This document shows, in pieces, positions 37,813 through 51,247 of a stretch of 64,000 nucleotides of DNA. The notes beneath the pieces were generated by a model that saw only the letters and a program-made list of their open reading frames with translations, was not told the DNA's origin and ran no database searches. The position numbers and the translations under genes were made by a program. Positions within the stretch are counted from its first letter, which is position 1, and each line of letters starts with the position of its first letter. This DNA comes from Stegostoma tigrinum (Eukaryota), in NCBI RefSeq assembly GCF_030684315.1, contig NC_081374.1, positions 32,896,630 to 32,960,629 on the forward strand, in the 5' to 3' direction.

Positions 37813-38534
37813 TTGATTAATTATATATTAAATAATTAATATATTCCTCTGCACCTATTCTTCTCGGTCCATTTATTAACTTATCCTTTGAAGTTTGTTC
37901 ACCTTATTCAACCACTCTGCATGGTGACAAAGTAATCTGATTTTCCACTGAATATATTATTGATGAGAAGAGAATCTGACTACTAAGTACAGAGAAGCCT
38001 ATTTGCATGCACTACTATCTCATTTTGGTGCCATTGGCGTGAATCCTGTAAGGTGCTGGCACTGGGGAGTGTGTCTGGCACTGGTGAATGCACAGTAACA
38101 CGTTTTCCAGTAGGGGTCTAATGTGTACGTAATGTGTGATATGAGAAGTCACGAGAGCTCATGAAGGGAAATCCTCTATGAATCTCCCTGAAATTGACCC
38201 TTGGATGGTTTTTGATAAAATGTGAGAAAAATTGTAATCCTTTCAAACCACTGGGTCTGGGATAAGTGAGATGCAGAAATGCATTTTTAAAAAAAACCTG
38301 AATACACTTGCCCCAAAGTATCTACTTAAAATTTAAGGCACACGTGAATAAAGTTATGGGATCAACTCATAGGAGATTGCCTGGTCACTTAAATATTATT
38401 ATGAGACTCTATGCTAAATATCTAGTCTTTATATGAAATTTAATCTTGGCCATCCAGGATTGCGGAAAACCAGCAGTTGAAGGGAAGTGGAAATGTTGGT
38501 TCTAGTCAGTAAGTTATTTTATTTTTATTTCTCT

Positions 38535-38900
38535 TCGTAATGAGATCCAGAACAACTATTTCACTAGCCTACACATCTAGGGAGAGGACATCTCACCTAG
38601 TCTTCCAACCTCTCCTTTGGCCAGAACACACAAAAGCTTTAAGCACATGTATCAACAGATTCAAGAACCGCTTCTACCATGTTTTCATTCGACTTCTGAA
38701 TGGACTTCTTGAATTTTTAATTTGATATTGATCTCGCTCCTTGTGCGGCCTTTCTGCAACCTTAACATTGTATTCTTCGCTTTGTTCTATTACCCTAAGA
38801 TACGTTGTATGCTATGATCTGCCTGTACTGCACATAAAACAAAACTTAATTGCTATACTCAGGTGCATGTGATAATAATAAATCAACTCCAATCAAATCA
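38535..38900 (+). mobile_element. Rex1/Babar-like non-LTR element 3' end
   Basis: Peptide SHLVFQPLLWPEHTKALSTCINRFKNRFYHVFIRLLN resembles the Rex/Babar C-terminal motif LLPSGRRYRS...RFKNSFFP.AIRLLN. The tail is AATAAATCAA...ATCAAATCAA. Confidence 0.6.
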
Positions 38901-41439
38901 ATTTTTTTACATATTCTTCCCTGTTCTTTCAAATCCCTGCCTCCTCTGTGCTCCCAGGCTGTTCTTCCTAATTTCTACCCCTCTTCACAAAATATGTTTC
39001 CAAATACAAACTAATATTGGGGCCTTTAGCTTAAAATTGTGAATACAAGACCATTTTGAAATCATGTGACCATAAACCATATTTGCTTTCATAGGGGATC
39101 ATTGCTAATTTGGAATGATTGGTCGAGTTGAAGATGTTAATTTCATGTAACTCTCATGTTTCCAAGTGCAGTTTTTGAGTTGATATTTGTCACTTGCATA
39201 CAGCGCTGAAATAAGGAAAACATTTAATAGCAATTCTGATTGCCTTCATCGTAAGAGGTTCTGCAATTAGCAAGGAAGGTCTCTGATTTGAATGAATGAA
39301 TAATGAAAACAATGCCTGGATGTTGTCCAAAGAGTTTATAGATTCACTTTATTATAATGCAGTGGGAATTCCTGTGTGATTTATTTACCACTTTTTGGCA
39401 AAATGGAAACAATAATAGAAAACAACTCCTCGTATAATTGCTGTGACACATTTCCCTCCATCCTATGTCAAAGTAAAACTCTTGATAAAGCAAAGCACAC
39501 TTCTGTTGTTTACAGGAGCAACATATTATAACTGAGAGCAAGTTAGGATTTTTTTGTCGGAAGTATCGTTTACATCAGAAATGATTTTTTTCAAGAATTC
39601 TCCCTCCAACTGTTGCTAAAAGCTACCAGAACTGACGGGGACAGAAGTTTAAAGCGTACACGTGGGAAAGAGCATATGGCAAACTTGACTAAATGAAAAT
39701 GCTACGATAAGTCATTGGACACTAAATACACTGGAGACCTTGTATCCGTGCATTGTAGTATGTGCTTCACAGTTTTAGAATAAATGGACAAATCAGTTTG
39801 GCCTTTCGTCAGTGGTAGCAATAAGTTGTAAAGGTTATCACCTTGTTTTAGTATTGAAATCTCACTAAACTGAAGGCAGCATTTAAAATAAATAATTGCA
39901 ATATTCAGACAGAAGCAAGATTTTTCATCTCACTTAAAGTTTCTAAGTCTCAGAGAAGCTACTTATATATTCAGCTGTTTTCTACCATGAGTAATTTCCC
40001 CCACTATCAGAGAATGCGGTTTTAGTTCCACTAGGACTTTGCACACTGCAGAGGAGAAACCTAGGTCAGACTTTTTTTTCACAATTTAGAATGGTTAGAT
40101 GTGTTGGGTAAGGAAACAAAATCAACTGTTTGCTTTAGGATGCCCATTGATTTTTTTTTTAAGTAGACATTTAGAACAATTGCTGTTTTCACTTTTAACT
40201 GACAATGCTAGAAATAACCGTATTCATTTGATTTTTCATGCTATACTTTTCAGCTGTGTCAAACCGCATGTTTTTTGAATCTTGAGACACTTGCTTTTGC
40301 ACACCCATATAAGCTGTTTATTGTGGGAACTTTGCTGCTGGCATTTAACACCACCTAAATTGCCCAGTTAAAGGTTAAAAAATAGTGCAGGTAAGAACCT
40401 GTCCTTTATACTCAGGCATCCTTTGATTTGAATGCATTTTACTAAGATCAGATCAGGCTCTTTTCTGTGGACTATCCCCATGGATTTTTTTGTTGAGTGA
40501 AGTTAACATTTGAACTGATAGTCTTGCTCCAGAATGGATTGTGTGAGAAGCTTAAAGGTCACAATATGGATGCTGCTCTGAAGTTGGTCATGAAATACCT
40601 TCATTTCTGTCTGAGGTTTTCTTTTATTTAACACGTGAATAACTGACAAACAGAAATTTGAGGGCAATGTATGCCTGAAATGGGACAAGCTTTTTTTAAA
40701 TCTAATATTATTTCTTAATAACATGAATGCATTTTATTTTTAAAATTTTGATAATTGCCACATGAAATAAATAAAACAACATCTAGCAATTTTGAAAGTA
40801 AGATGTGTGATGTGTAGAATAGTAAGCCTAAAGAGTAGGAATATTACAGGGTGACAGGTTTTTCATAAAAGGAAAACACAAAAGAAACTAGGCTGGAATC
40901 TAATAACGACTTGTAATAAACTTTTGCAAGTATGTAGAAATAGTTGAATTTAAATATTGTCGTCTCAGTGCAGAGAGGGCATACAGGCAGCAACCTCTCA
41001 CATCTTTTGGGAAGGCCACTCATGCATTTAACTGGGCAGCACTTGACGTTCCCCATGATCTAGGAATCCTGCTAATTGGGCAATGCCAACCATTCAGAAG
41101 CTGGTATCACTTCATTGTTTACCAGCACCAGGGAAGCAGTGGCCAGTTTCAGTATTGCACCAAGTGACTTTGAATGAGGGACCCTTCCTGCCCTGATCTG
41201 CAAAAGACATGATGGGCTTTGGTTTTCCAAAGACTTCAAGCATGGTGAATCACCGCCTACCCATTGCAGCATGCGACCCTTTATTTGAACATTAATTATC
41301 CACTTAACAGTTCTCCTTCAATTTTGAGTGTTTATTTTCAGTGGTCAGAATTGATAAAACAATTAACAAAAAGAAAAAAAATTCAGCAATCAGAACTAAT
41401 TGACACTTAGAAAGGAAAATAATTGTGCATAATCCTCAA

Positions 41440-41665
41440 CTCCACGTGCCTGCTTTTTCTCAGTAACTCCTGATTCCCTTTTGATTAATGATCTGCCTAT
41501 CTCTACTTGAATATCCTAAATGATTTAGCCACTACAGCCCCCTGCAGTAAAGAATTCTACAGACTCCCCACACGCAGAAGAAATTCTACCTCACTCTGTT
41601 TTAACTGGGCTACTGTTTACTCTGAAGTTATGCCATCGTTTCCTGGACTCTCCAACAAGGAAAAA
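41440..41665 (-). mobile_element. Old CR1 3' fragment
   Basis: CCTATCTCTACTTGAATATCCTAAATGATTTAGCCACTACAGCCCCCTGCAGTAAAGAATTCTACAGACTC is the reverse of a CR1 3' end. Confidence 0.7.
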
Positions 41666-41667
41666 GA

Positions 41668-42542
41668 AGTGGGAATGTTCACTGATGATTTGCAGAATGA
41701 CTCGGGTATTGAACAAGTCCACATCCAAATGCAGCAAGACCTGGACAAAATCCAGGTTTAGTCTAACAAGTGGAAAATAACATTCACCCCATACAAGAAC
41801 AAGGTAATTCCCATCTCATACCAGGAAGAACCATTGCCCATTGATGTTCAATGGCATTACCATCACTGTATACCCCATTATCAAGATTCTGGAAGTTACC
41901 ATTGACCAGAAACTGGACTGGACCAGCCATATAAATACAGTGGCTGCAAGACCAAGTGAGAAGCTAGAGATCCTGCAGTAAATAACTTGCTAACTGATTC
42001 ACCAAAGCATGCCCACCATAAAGCACAAGTTGAGTGTGATGAAATGTTCCACACTTGCCTTGGTGACCACAGCTTCAACAACACTCAAATAACTTGACAC
42101 CTTCCAAGACAAAGCAGCTCATTGGATTGGCACTACAACCTCAATTAGTCACTCCATTGACTACTGTTGCACAGTAGCAGCAATGTGCACCATCTACAAG
42201 ATTCCTTGGAGCAATCCAGCAAGGTGTTTGGACAGTACCTTTCAAAGCTATGACTGCTACTATCCCAAAGGACAAAGACAGCAGATACATGGAAGCATCA
42301 CCACCTGCAAGTTCTCCTCTAAGCCACTGTACATCTTGACTTGGAAACATATCCTTGTTCCTTCAGGACCATTAAATCAAAATCCTGCAGCTCCTTCCCT
42401 AACAGCTCTGTGGTTATACCTACACCAAATTCACGGCAGTGATGTGAGGTAGCAGCTCATCACCAACATCTTGAGGATAGCAGAAGACAAGCAATAATGT
42501 TGGCCTAGCTAGTGATGCTACATCCGCATCAATAAATTAAAG
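41668..42542 (+). mobile_element. 5'-truncated CR1-group LINE family D (RT C-terminus and 3' tail shared with SINE C)
   Basis: Remnants VGMFTDD, QMQQDLDKIQV, KWKITF, FNGITIT, TIDQKLDW, LDTFQDKAAHWIG. Tail GCAATAATGTTGGCCTAGCTAGTGATGCTACATCC. Confidence 0.85.
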
Positions 42543-42932
42543 GAAGGAGGTAAAAGTGAAATCTTGACTCCTTTTTTTTAGGGCATGAACTCTGAAACAT
42601 TAGTATGTCTGTTAATAAACTCTTCGTAATTCCACTGCAAAAATTCAGTGAATTGAAGGGGAGTGATCAGGATTAAAGCATTGTAGACAGAGTTCCAATT
42701 AGACAAATGGTGTCCAAATAGATCATTTACAGAATGCCTTTCACTGTGGTTAACATATAATGGTGCACAGCTTGAGCATATGTGGCACCATTGTCTTGTC
42801 TGTCATTAGAGCAGGTGGTATGTAAGTGACCTAGTGTGAAGGGTTCAATCCTTGGCAAACTTTGAACAGATGCTCTCTGCTTTTGATGACTTGCAAGGCA
42901 GGAGATTGCCATAATTTGAATGAAATGTTCAA

Positions 42933-43010
42933 ATCTCTCTCGCGCGCGCGCTCTCTCTCTCGCCGTCTCTCTCTCAGTTGCTTTCTCTCTCTCGTGCTCT
43001 AGCTTGCTCG
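42933..43010. repeat. Compound (CT)n-(CG)n-(CT)n microsatellite
   Basis: CTCTCTCT CGCGCGCGCG CTCTCTCTCT CGCCGTCTCTCTCT, read directly. Confidence 0.9.
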
Positions 43011-43204
43011 CTTCATGGAGCATTGGCACCAGAACTGGAGAAAGAGCTTTTATATTGGGGTGGACCGTGAGGTGTGGAAATGGATTGCATGACTTTGAAC
43101 AATATTGCCAAGGGGTGGCATGTAAGTGAGGCAAAAGTGCAACAAAGTTTGAGCTGTATAAATACATGCTTTGTAGTATAGAATTTGATAATGCTAAAAA
43201 GAAA

Positions 43205-43400
43205 CCAAAAGTTGAAGCTTTTCATCTTGCACTCACCAAAATTAAACAGACTTGACAGGGAGGAATAAAAGAAGCACCATTTTTACGCAGATTGTTAAAG
43301 CACTGTGACATTGAGCTGGAGCAAGAATCATTAACAGCCGAACTTAATTCTCAGACCAGACAGGTTGATTCTGATCAGATATGGTATTGCCATGTGGACA
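43205..43400 (-). repeat. Repeat family E, second copy
   Basis: Reverse complement aligns to 23855-24090 and ends GGTGAGTGCAAGATGAAAAGCTTCAAC. Confidence 0.55.
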
Positions 43401-43404
43401 CAAT

Positions 43405-44071
43405 AGAGTTTTGCTGTCTCTGTGACCTCTTTGAAAAAGGTCCGGTCTATGTAAAAGTTTCTTCGTGCCTCCATAGTGTGATGATGCTGTTACTTTAAAA
43501 GGGGTATTTTGCCCTTGGTTTTATTTTTGAAGAGAGGTTGTAAAGGCAGAAATACCGAAGAGCCTAGGGAGTTACAGTTTAACAATGGAAGGGGAATGGT
43601 CAGTTCTTCTAGTTCAGGTTTTGTCTAGTTTATTTTTGTAGCTGTAGCAGTCACAAGATGTTTTGAGCACCAAACGGTTACAAGTTTCGGTGAATGATTG
43701 CTTACTATCTTCCTGAAATCTCTCTGGATGTTGTCCCCTCCTGCCTGTATGAATCTGTATTTGAATTTACCTTTTTTGCCAAGGCGTGTGTTAATGAAGT
43801 GTCATTATATTGGAACAGTTAATTAGATAAGTTACTGTATCAAGTGTTTGGTTGCTTTTTTCAATGGTTATGTAATTTTAAATTCTGCTTTCTTTTGTGT
43901 TTCAACTGTAGTGATTTAAATAAATTGTATTTTGTTTAAAGCCAAGTGATTTGACCAGTTGCTTCATACCTGGGACACACACTTCACATCTGCCTTTAAA
44001 ATAAAAAAAAAAGTGAGGGTCTAGGCTACCATCTTAAAATATTTTGAGGGGGTCTGGCCTGGCCCATAACA
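43405..44071 (+). mobile_element. Probable solo LTR (Gypsy-type); 5' boundary uncertain
   Basis: Contains AATAAA (about 43919-43924) and ends GAGGGGGTCTGGCCTGGCCCATAACA, with an LTR-type terminal CA. No TSD was found. Confidence 0.5.
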
Positions 44072-44534
44072 ATAAAACAGTGGCTTGGAGTATTTATGTA
44101 CATAGGTTCCAACATGTGCAAATGCATCACACTGCAAACCTGGCTGATGACCTTCAATTCTTACCACAGCCAGGGTTATTTCTGGCATCTTATTATTTCA
44201 TGTTTTGTTATTGTTAATATATTTGTGTGAATGGATGGAACATGGCACTTTAGAAGAAAAGGAAATTGTACTTTATCACTTTGTTCTTGCTACTTTGCAC
44301 ATTAAATAGATTACCAAGTAATCACTGGCTGAACTAATTTTATCGCCACAATTCCAATGCTGTGAGGATAATCATAGTCTTAACAAGTACATCTTGGCTG
44401 AGATATAATTCAAAATAAAATTGAAGAGGAAATTCAGTTTTTTTTTCCTGAGTTAGTTTTCATATTAAATTATAAAGCCTTCAAGAACCATGGTCAGTTT
44501 TTGGCAGCTGTTCAGGATTGGCTGCCCTCCTTAT

Positions 44535-45350
44535 ACATTCCATCACATGCATTCGCGCACATAAATACCCTCTGTATACACAGGACCTGTTCAGATGAAG
44601 AGGAACGAGGATCTGAAGGTGTTGAAGGATGCCCTGACAGGAGCAGGATATGCTGCTCAGCTCATCGATTGCCAGTTCCGACGTGACGCAGTGAAAAACC
44701 GTAATGACTTCCTCAGAAGACAGATACTGGACAATTCTGATAGGGTGTCCTTCATCATCCAGTATTTCCCAGAAATGGAGAAACTATGCCATGTTCTTTG
44801 TAGCCTTCAACACATTAGCCAAGATCCTCCCTATGCCTCTGTTTCTCACCTTCAAATAACCACCCAGCCTTAAACAGACCATTGTTTGCAGAAAACTACC
44901 TCACCTTCAGGACAACATTGACCACAACATTATATAGCCTTGTCAGGGCAATCTCTGCAAGGCATGTCAGATCTTTGACATGGATAGTGCCATCACACAT
45001 GGGAACATCATTTATCACAGGCACGGCTAATACTCATGTGACTCGGTCAACTTTGTCCATCTCATTCACTGCAGGCGCAGGTGCCCCGAGGCATGGTATA
45101 TTGGTGAGACCATGTAGATACTACAGCAAAAGATGAGTGGACACTGCACAACAATCACTAGACAGAGATGTTCCCTGTCAATGAGAAAACACTTCAGCGG
45201 TCCAGGACATTTGGCCTCTGTTCTTTGGGTAAACATCCTCCAAGGCAAACTTCGGGGATATACAACAGCGCAGTCATGTTGCAGAGTTTGGTACCCATGA
45301 GGATGGCCTTAATCAGGATCTTGAGTTCATGTCGCAGTATGGATGATCCC
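44535..45350 (+). mobile_element. Second Penelope-like family: degenerate RT thumb/linker and GIY-YIG region
   Basis: Frameshifted peptides LCIHRTCSDEEE, LKVLKDALTGAGY, SFIIQYFP, QPCQGNLCKAC, YSCDSVNFVHLIHCRRRCPEAWYIGET. Confidence 0.85.
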
Positions 45351-45530
45351 ACCACACTATACACTCTCTCTCGCACACACTCACACTCACAAACACATTC
45401 ACATACATACATACACACTCTCTCACAGATCCTCTCTCATACACACACTGTCTCTCTAGCGCACACACATATACACACTTTTCTCTTTCCCTTGATCTCT
45501 CATTCTCATGCACATAAACATGCACACCTC
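45351..45530. repeat. Imperfect (CA)n/(CT)n microsatellite following the PLE
   Basis: Read directly: ACACTCTCTCTCGCACACACTCACACTCACAAACAC... Confidence 0.85.
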
Positions 45531-47200
45531 TGCATTTATGTGGCTGCAAACTGACTGTGTTTGATAGCTAAAGGCAACAAAGAAAGCCTTTGGGCTGAAT
45601 AAATGTCAAGCTAATAAATGGAAACCTTTACTCGTGAGAAAACAACTGTCTTTTGATTACATCTTGATTCTTGAATTGTTCATTATTCCACAGTACATGT
45701 TAGAATACAAAAGCATGTTTGATGAAAACTTGCATTGGCATCTACATGACATATTAACCTCTGTTAATCAATTATGTCTGGCTGGATGATGACTTGTCCA
45801 AAACAGCAAAAAAATTCATAACAATTTATTTGACTGTTAGAATATCTGGAAAGCTAACTAATCATTCTGATTGGCTTTTAATAACAGCATGGAGTGAAAT
45901 AGATAAAGTAGGTTGCTATCTTGTCCCTTTTGGATGTCTGTAAAAGACAATTATGTGATATTCAGACATCACATGTGTAAGATTACAACCAAGGTCAGTG
46001 AACAAGCCTTGATAAAGTGCATGAGAGCACTAGAATAAATTGAGCAGGACTTGATGTATAACACCATTCAGTGGATGCCTGGCTTTTTTCCAAATAAGTC
46101 TTAACGCCAAACCATCCAAGTAAGAGCTTTTGTAACACACAATACACCTCTGTACACAGGCATAGTTTGATTTACACGATATGTCATGTAATTCATTCTT
46201 CTTTATGGATAGCCATTATTTTATTCTACACAACTGGTATTAATTTCTGCTTCATAGTATCTTTTTTATGAGAATTCCCAGTAAACTCATGGGTAGAAAT
46301 TGGTATGAATAGTGTCGATTTTACAGAGGGATGTGGTGGTGGTTGTTGGGTCGGGGGTTGGCAGTAAAAGAACAAAACTTAACTATTTAGCAGTGGTACA
46401 GCCTGCACCCAGTCACCATGCTGATTTCCGCTACAAATTCATGGGGAGTTGGTGATAGGTTTCATGAATATGCAAATGATCTCAATGCAATTTTATGAAT
46501 GGCCTTTTTATTAGAGTATTTCCTGGCTAGAAACATTCTTGTGTTCAAGACATGTCTAATTTTAAATGGGTTTCCTATCGAAAAAGTCACCTTTTCATTT
46601 TATTTTGGTAGAGAGCAAATTCAACTGTAGCATGTAGCATTTGTAATATTTGTCACAGCCCATCACAACTGTGTATATCAAAGGGCATTGACAAGTAAAG
46701 TTTCTATTTTGTTTTAGTATTATTTCTGAAGATTGATATGCTGAGTGGCAGAATAAAATCTTGCATCGAATCGTTAGAAAGGTTCTGTTCCCATCTTGTT
46801 ATCCATATGAGAATCCAACTTCTAACAATTGGAGTGTTTTTTTTTGTATGATATGCTCTTTATCAGACAATATTTAAACCAATTAACAAGCTACTGATAT
46901 CCCATTTAAAAACTGAACAAACATGAGCTAATGAATTCTGAATATTTGTCATTTTGAAAATGATCACTTAAAAATAAAGCAGGAAGTCTGAGATTCTCCT
47001 TCTGTTTTTGGATTTAATTATAATGTACCAGCATTGGGGTGGAATTTTCACCTTAGGGATAGGAAATTAAAACTGAAACTGTTTCTAGGTCCTAATTCCA
47101 CCTGCAGCTTGCTTCAGTTTTAAGTTTTAAGATGTATTGGAACAATAAAACCAACATGAATGATGGTATCAGCCTTCTCTGACACTAACTTGTGCAAGGA

Positions 47201-47235
47201 TCGTGCGTGCGTGCGTGCGTGCGTGTGTGTGTGTG
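47201..47235. repeat. (CGTG)n(TG)n microsatellite
   Basis: CGTGCGTGCGTGCGTGCGTGCGTGTGTGTGTGTG, read directly. Confidence 0.9.
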
Positions 47236-48327
47236 GCGTAAAATTCTTTCAAATGTAGGGAAAAAGTGAATGGTCTGACACTGGATCTTCTTACACAACA
47301 GTTATTATTTTTTCAGCAATGCTTCAGGATTTTACAGACTCTGGTCTTGGTCATTCTTGTGATACTATACTGAGAGAAATGCTATTTTGAAAATAGTATG
47401 CTTCAATACTGCACATTCATATTTTAGTCATAAATTATTTTCTGTTACATCCAGCTGTTTGTATTGACCTTGAACGGTGGAAAAAATCAAATATGGGCAT
47501 AAAATTAATTTACAATTGGCTTTATTTTTAAGTTGTGCTTCACATGAGGATTCATGCTCATTAATGTTATTTTAAATCATGGCGAATTATAAAAAGTTGG
47601 AATTAAAATAATTTCTTTCATAAAATACACTGAATTGACTGCGGCAGATTTTTATCTGATAACTTTTTGAGTATTAAGATAATGGAAAATAAATATCCTC
47701 CTTGGTTTATGAGATTTATCTGTTATCATTTCATGAGTGATAGAGTTGATGAAAGATATCTGTTTTCATAACAAACACTCGGACTTGTATGACAGTAAAT
47801 CACTTCAAAATTCAGTAATAGTGTAAACCGTGCCACATCTCGTACATCAAAAGATAACCAGAATGGGATTGCGTCCGAAAATGCTAAATCTTTTTAATAA
47901 TACAATATTGCTTGCTGCTGTGTGGAAGACCAAAATGAGGTTTTGGCATCACAAGCATTTACAGAATCTCGTTTAATTTATCTTTATCTCCTTAATTAAT
48001 AGCTCCATCATTGACTGCATTGAATGAGTGTACCAGACTAATGAATGATACCTTATCTAACATTTGAAATATTATACTCATTAATAACATTAGTGCTACT
48101 ACTAATAGTCTTTTGTCTTTCTATTTGCTATTAATGTAGTAGAATTATACGGTCTATTTTGCAGTATTTGATGGAAACCAGTGAATATTGCAAATTCAAA
48201 ATAATTTCACAGCCTTTGTCCATCTGGTACCAAACAAGTTTCTGAAATGCCTTCGTATCCTTGCTCAAGGTTCATTCCCCTTGCCTCAGATATTTTCCCT
48301 TGCTCCTTGCCCTTCCTGCTGACTGAA

Positions 48328-48432
48328 GATGTTTTAGTTAACCTATTCAGATGTGTTATGACACCTCCTGGAACTGTTGGGACTTGATTCTAGGCCACTT
48401 GCTTAGATGCAGAGGTACTACCACTACAAGGC
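48328..48432 (-). mobile_element. Short tRNA-headed SINE-like element (family F), second copy
   Basis: TGTTATGACACCTCCTGGAAC...GGGACTTGA...AGAGGTACTACCACTACAAG aligns with 37707-37812. Confidence 0.55.
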
Positions 48433-49919
48433 CCCCAAATTGTCAATCTGTTAACTGTGTAGGTAGGAGGAACTACACACAATATTAAAGCCCCAGTTGA
48501 ACATACTGTGATGTCAACAAGAAGAAAACTTAACTATGAACAAAACTTAAGTGGCTAAAAGAAAACTAGCTCCAAATTCAACATTTCAAAATGGACCTGA
48601 TAGGATTTATTCAAGAAAGCACCAATTGGATGAATTTGGGTACCAGTTGTGCATTAGACTTTTACTAGAAAATTAATATTTGGCTTGTTTTTGTTTTGTT
48701 TCAACTCAGTACCTTTCTATTAATGATTAACAATGTGTGTCTAAATAGCAAGCCAGACAGAAGTACAGGAAACCAATTTTAACTGGCACCATACAAATCA
48801 GACATTTTAGATTTGAAATGCCTTGAGTTTCAAGCAGTTATGTAATCAAATGTGATGTTGTTTTAATTTTGTTATGGTTGCACAAGAAGTAATATTTTAA
48901 AGGACAATGAAGATAAATTCACAGTTCAAGCTTAATTTAAAAGGCAACTATAGGAGAATTCTAGCTTAATCTGCAATTATGTCTACTTCATGTGAGTGTT
49001 TGAATATTCCCATGTGTTTTTCACTCAATGAGAAATGTCCTCATTGTGAAACTAAGTAGCAGATAAAGAAGGATATATATTGTGCACAATGACTGCTGAA
49101 GATTTACGAAATTTTAGTGCCATGTGATGGAGCAATGGAGGTTTGCATTTTTGCCTAATATTTTCAGGGCACGGAGATGGTATTGAAGGACAATTTGTAG
49201 ATGAATTATCACTTAGCTCTAGTACATGACCAAGGAGTGCCATAATTTCTTGTAGAAGAAACTGATATCCACTAACTGTTCCGAACTTTAGATAGCATTT
49301 GAATTGCCATATGCTTTTTTTCCCATTATTTCCAGGAGAAAATTGCACAAATCCAGGAAAGCACAGGATTAGATTTGTTCCCTTGAGCGTTTACAGATAT
49401 TGCATCTCATCTTTTGGCTTTGCGTATTCCAATGTTGAAATATTCCAAAGCTGAAACAGCTGGACCTATTTTGAGATTTTGCAACTAACCATGCAATTAA
49501 AAATCTACTAAGCATTACAGCAGTCAGCTAGAATTGGTTTTCAGGAGTTTTACTAAAATTGCTATTTCTTGTGTAAATAGGCAGATTTATTCTGCAACAG
49601 GCTGCACTGTATTCAAGCACTTATCTTTTATCTACTTTCGCTGCTCACAGTAAGTTATGATGTAATATTATTGATATACGTAAGGTTGGAAAGTGTGCTG
49701 AGATGGGAGTATATGCATATGAAGCTTAGACATAGATGTGAACTGATTCCTGTGGGTCATTTGTTTTAATTTACTTGTGGTTATCATGGAGTAAAGTCTG
49801 TGTCACATGACCTGACTTCATTTGCTGGAAATTCATCAGCTATCCTCTGACAGCTTCGTACAACATAAGCCATTGTTTTCTGTACCTTATCTTTTAGTCC
49901 ATTAGCACTCATATAAAGC

Positions 49920-50252
49920 CATCAAATTCCTACAATGTGGAAGCAGGTCACTCAGCCCATTGAGTCTACACTGACGTTCCAAAGAGCAATCCCCCTACCA
50001 ATCCCCCTACCCTAGCCCAGTAACTCTGCATCTCCCATGGCTAATCCATCTAGCCTGCACAATCTTGGATGCTACAGAGTAATTTAGCATGGCCAATCCA
50101 CCTAACGTGCACATCTTTGGATTGTGGGAGGAGGTGGGAACGCCTGCAGGAATCCCACGTGGACACAGGAAGAATGTACAAATTCCGCACTGACAGTCAG
50201 CCAAGGGTGTGCTGTGAGGCAGCAGTGCTCACCACTGAGCCACTATTGCCAC
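49920..50252 (-). mobile_element. HE1-type V-SINE
   Basis: AATTTAGCATGGCCAATCCACCTAACGTGCACATCTTTGG...GAGGCAGCAGTGCTCACCACTGAGCCAC. Confidence 0.9.
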
Positions 50253-50893
50253 CTTTTCATATCTTTATTCAGAATAAATTATTTTATCTGTCGTCATTAA
50301 TCATGAACTGCAATTTTCACAGATTACTATGATAATGAAGGGGAAGACTATTTTATAGTGTAATTAAAGGGAAAGAAACATTACAAGGTTCCTCTTTATA
50401 AGCAACAATGCTCTATGTGCTCCATTGTGGAAATTCAAGAAGTACAACTAGGTATAAAATCTCATGCTGGGAAATCCCATGAGGTCAAAAAAATATGGAT
50501 AGCTATCATTTGAAGATCATAAGACTTTGTTGCAGTTGTGGTTTTAAAAAGCTACTTTGAATAGTTTGCATTTTATAGGCTTTGCTTGGGAAGCTTCCCT
50601 GCAACACAGCTCTGACCCTGACACACTATCTGGTGTCTGATTTACTATGTTAAATTGTCATGTAAGTTGAATTCATTCTATCGCTGTTCCATAACAGGGT
50701 TGACTCCTTTTCACATTGTGATTCTTCTTGCTTCCTGCTAAAAGCAAAATCTGATTTGTTTTTCCAATGTCAAATATTCTCTAGACTTCGTACTTCAGTA
50801 GCAATGTTTTATCTCACTATTGTTTTACGGAGGTTTATTCCTTCTTTGTCGCCCTTTTAATTCTAGTTTTGCAACATTACCAGTGCTGCAACA

Positions 50894-51247
50894 GGTGAGG
50901 TGATGGCCTAGTGGTATTATCACTAGACTAACTATCCAGAGAACCAGATAATGTTCTGGGGACCTGGGTTTGAATCCGACTGTGGCAGGTTGTAGAATTT
51001 GAATTCAATAAATGTCTGGAATTAATCATCTAACGATGACTGTGAATCCACTGTTGATTGTTGCACAAGCCCATGTGGTTCACTAATGTCCTTAGGGAAG
51101 GAAACTGCCATCCTAACCTGGTCTGACTGACATGTGACTCCAGGCCCACAGCAATGTGGCTAACTCTCAACTGTCCTCTGGGCAATTAGGGATGGGCAAT
51201 AAATGCTACTTGGCCCTGATGCCCTCATCCCATGATTAAAAAAAAAA
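50894..51247 (+). mobile_element. Full-length tRNA-SINE family C
   Basis: A box TGGCCTAGTGG (50904), B box GGTTTGAATCC (50967), core CACTAATGTCCTTAGGGAAGGAAACTGCC, tail GGGCAATTAGGGATGGGCAATAAATGC...CATCCCATGATT followed by poly-A. Confidence 0.9.
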
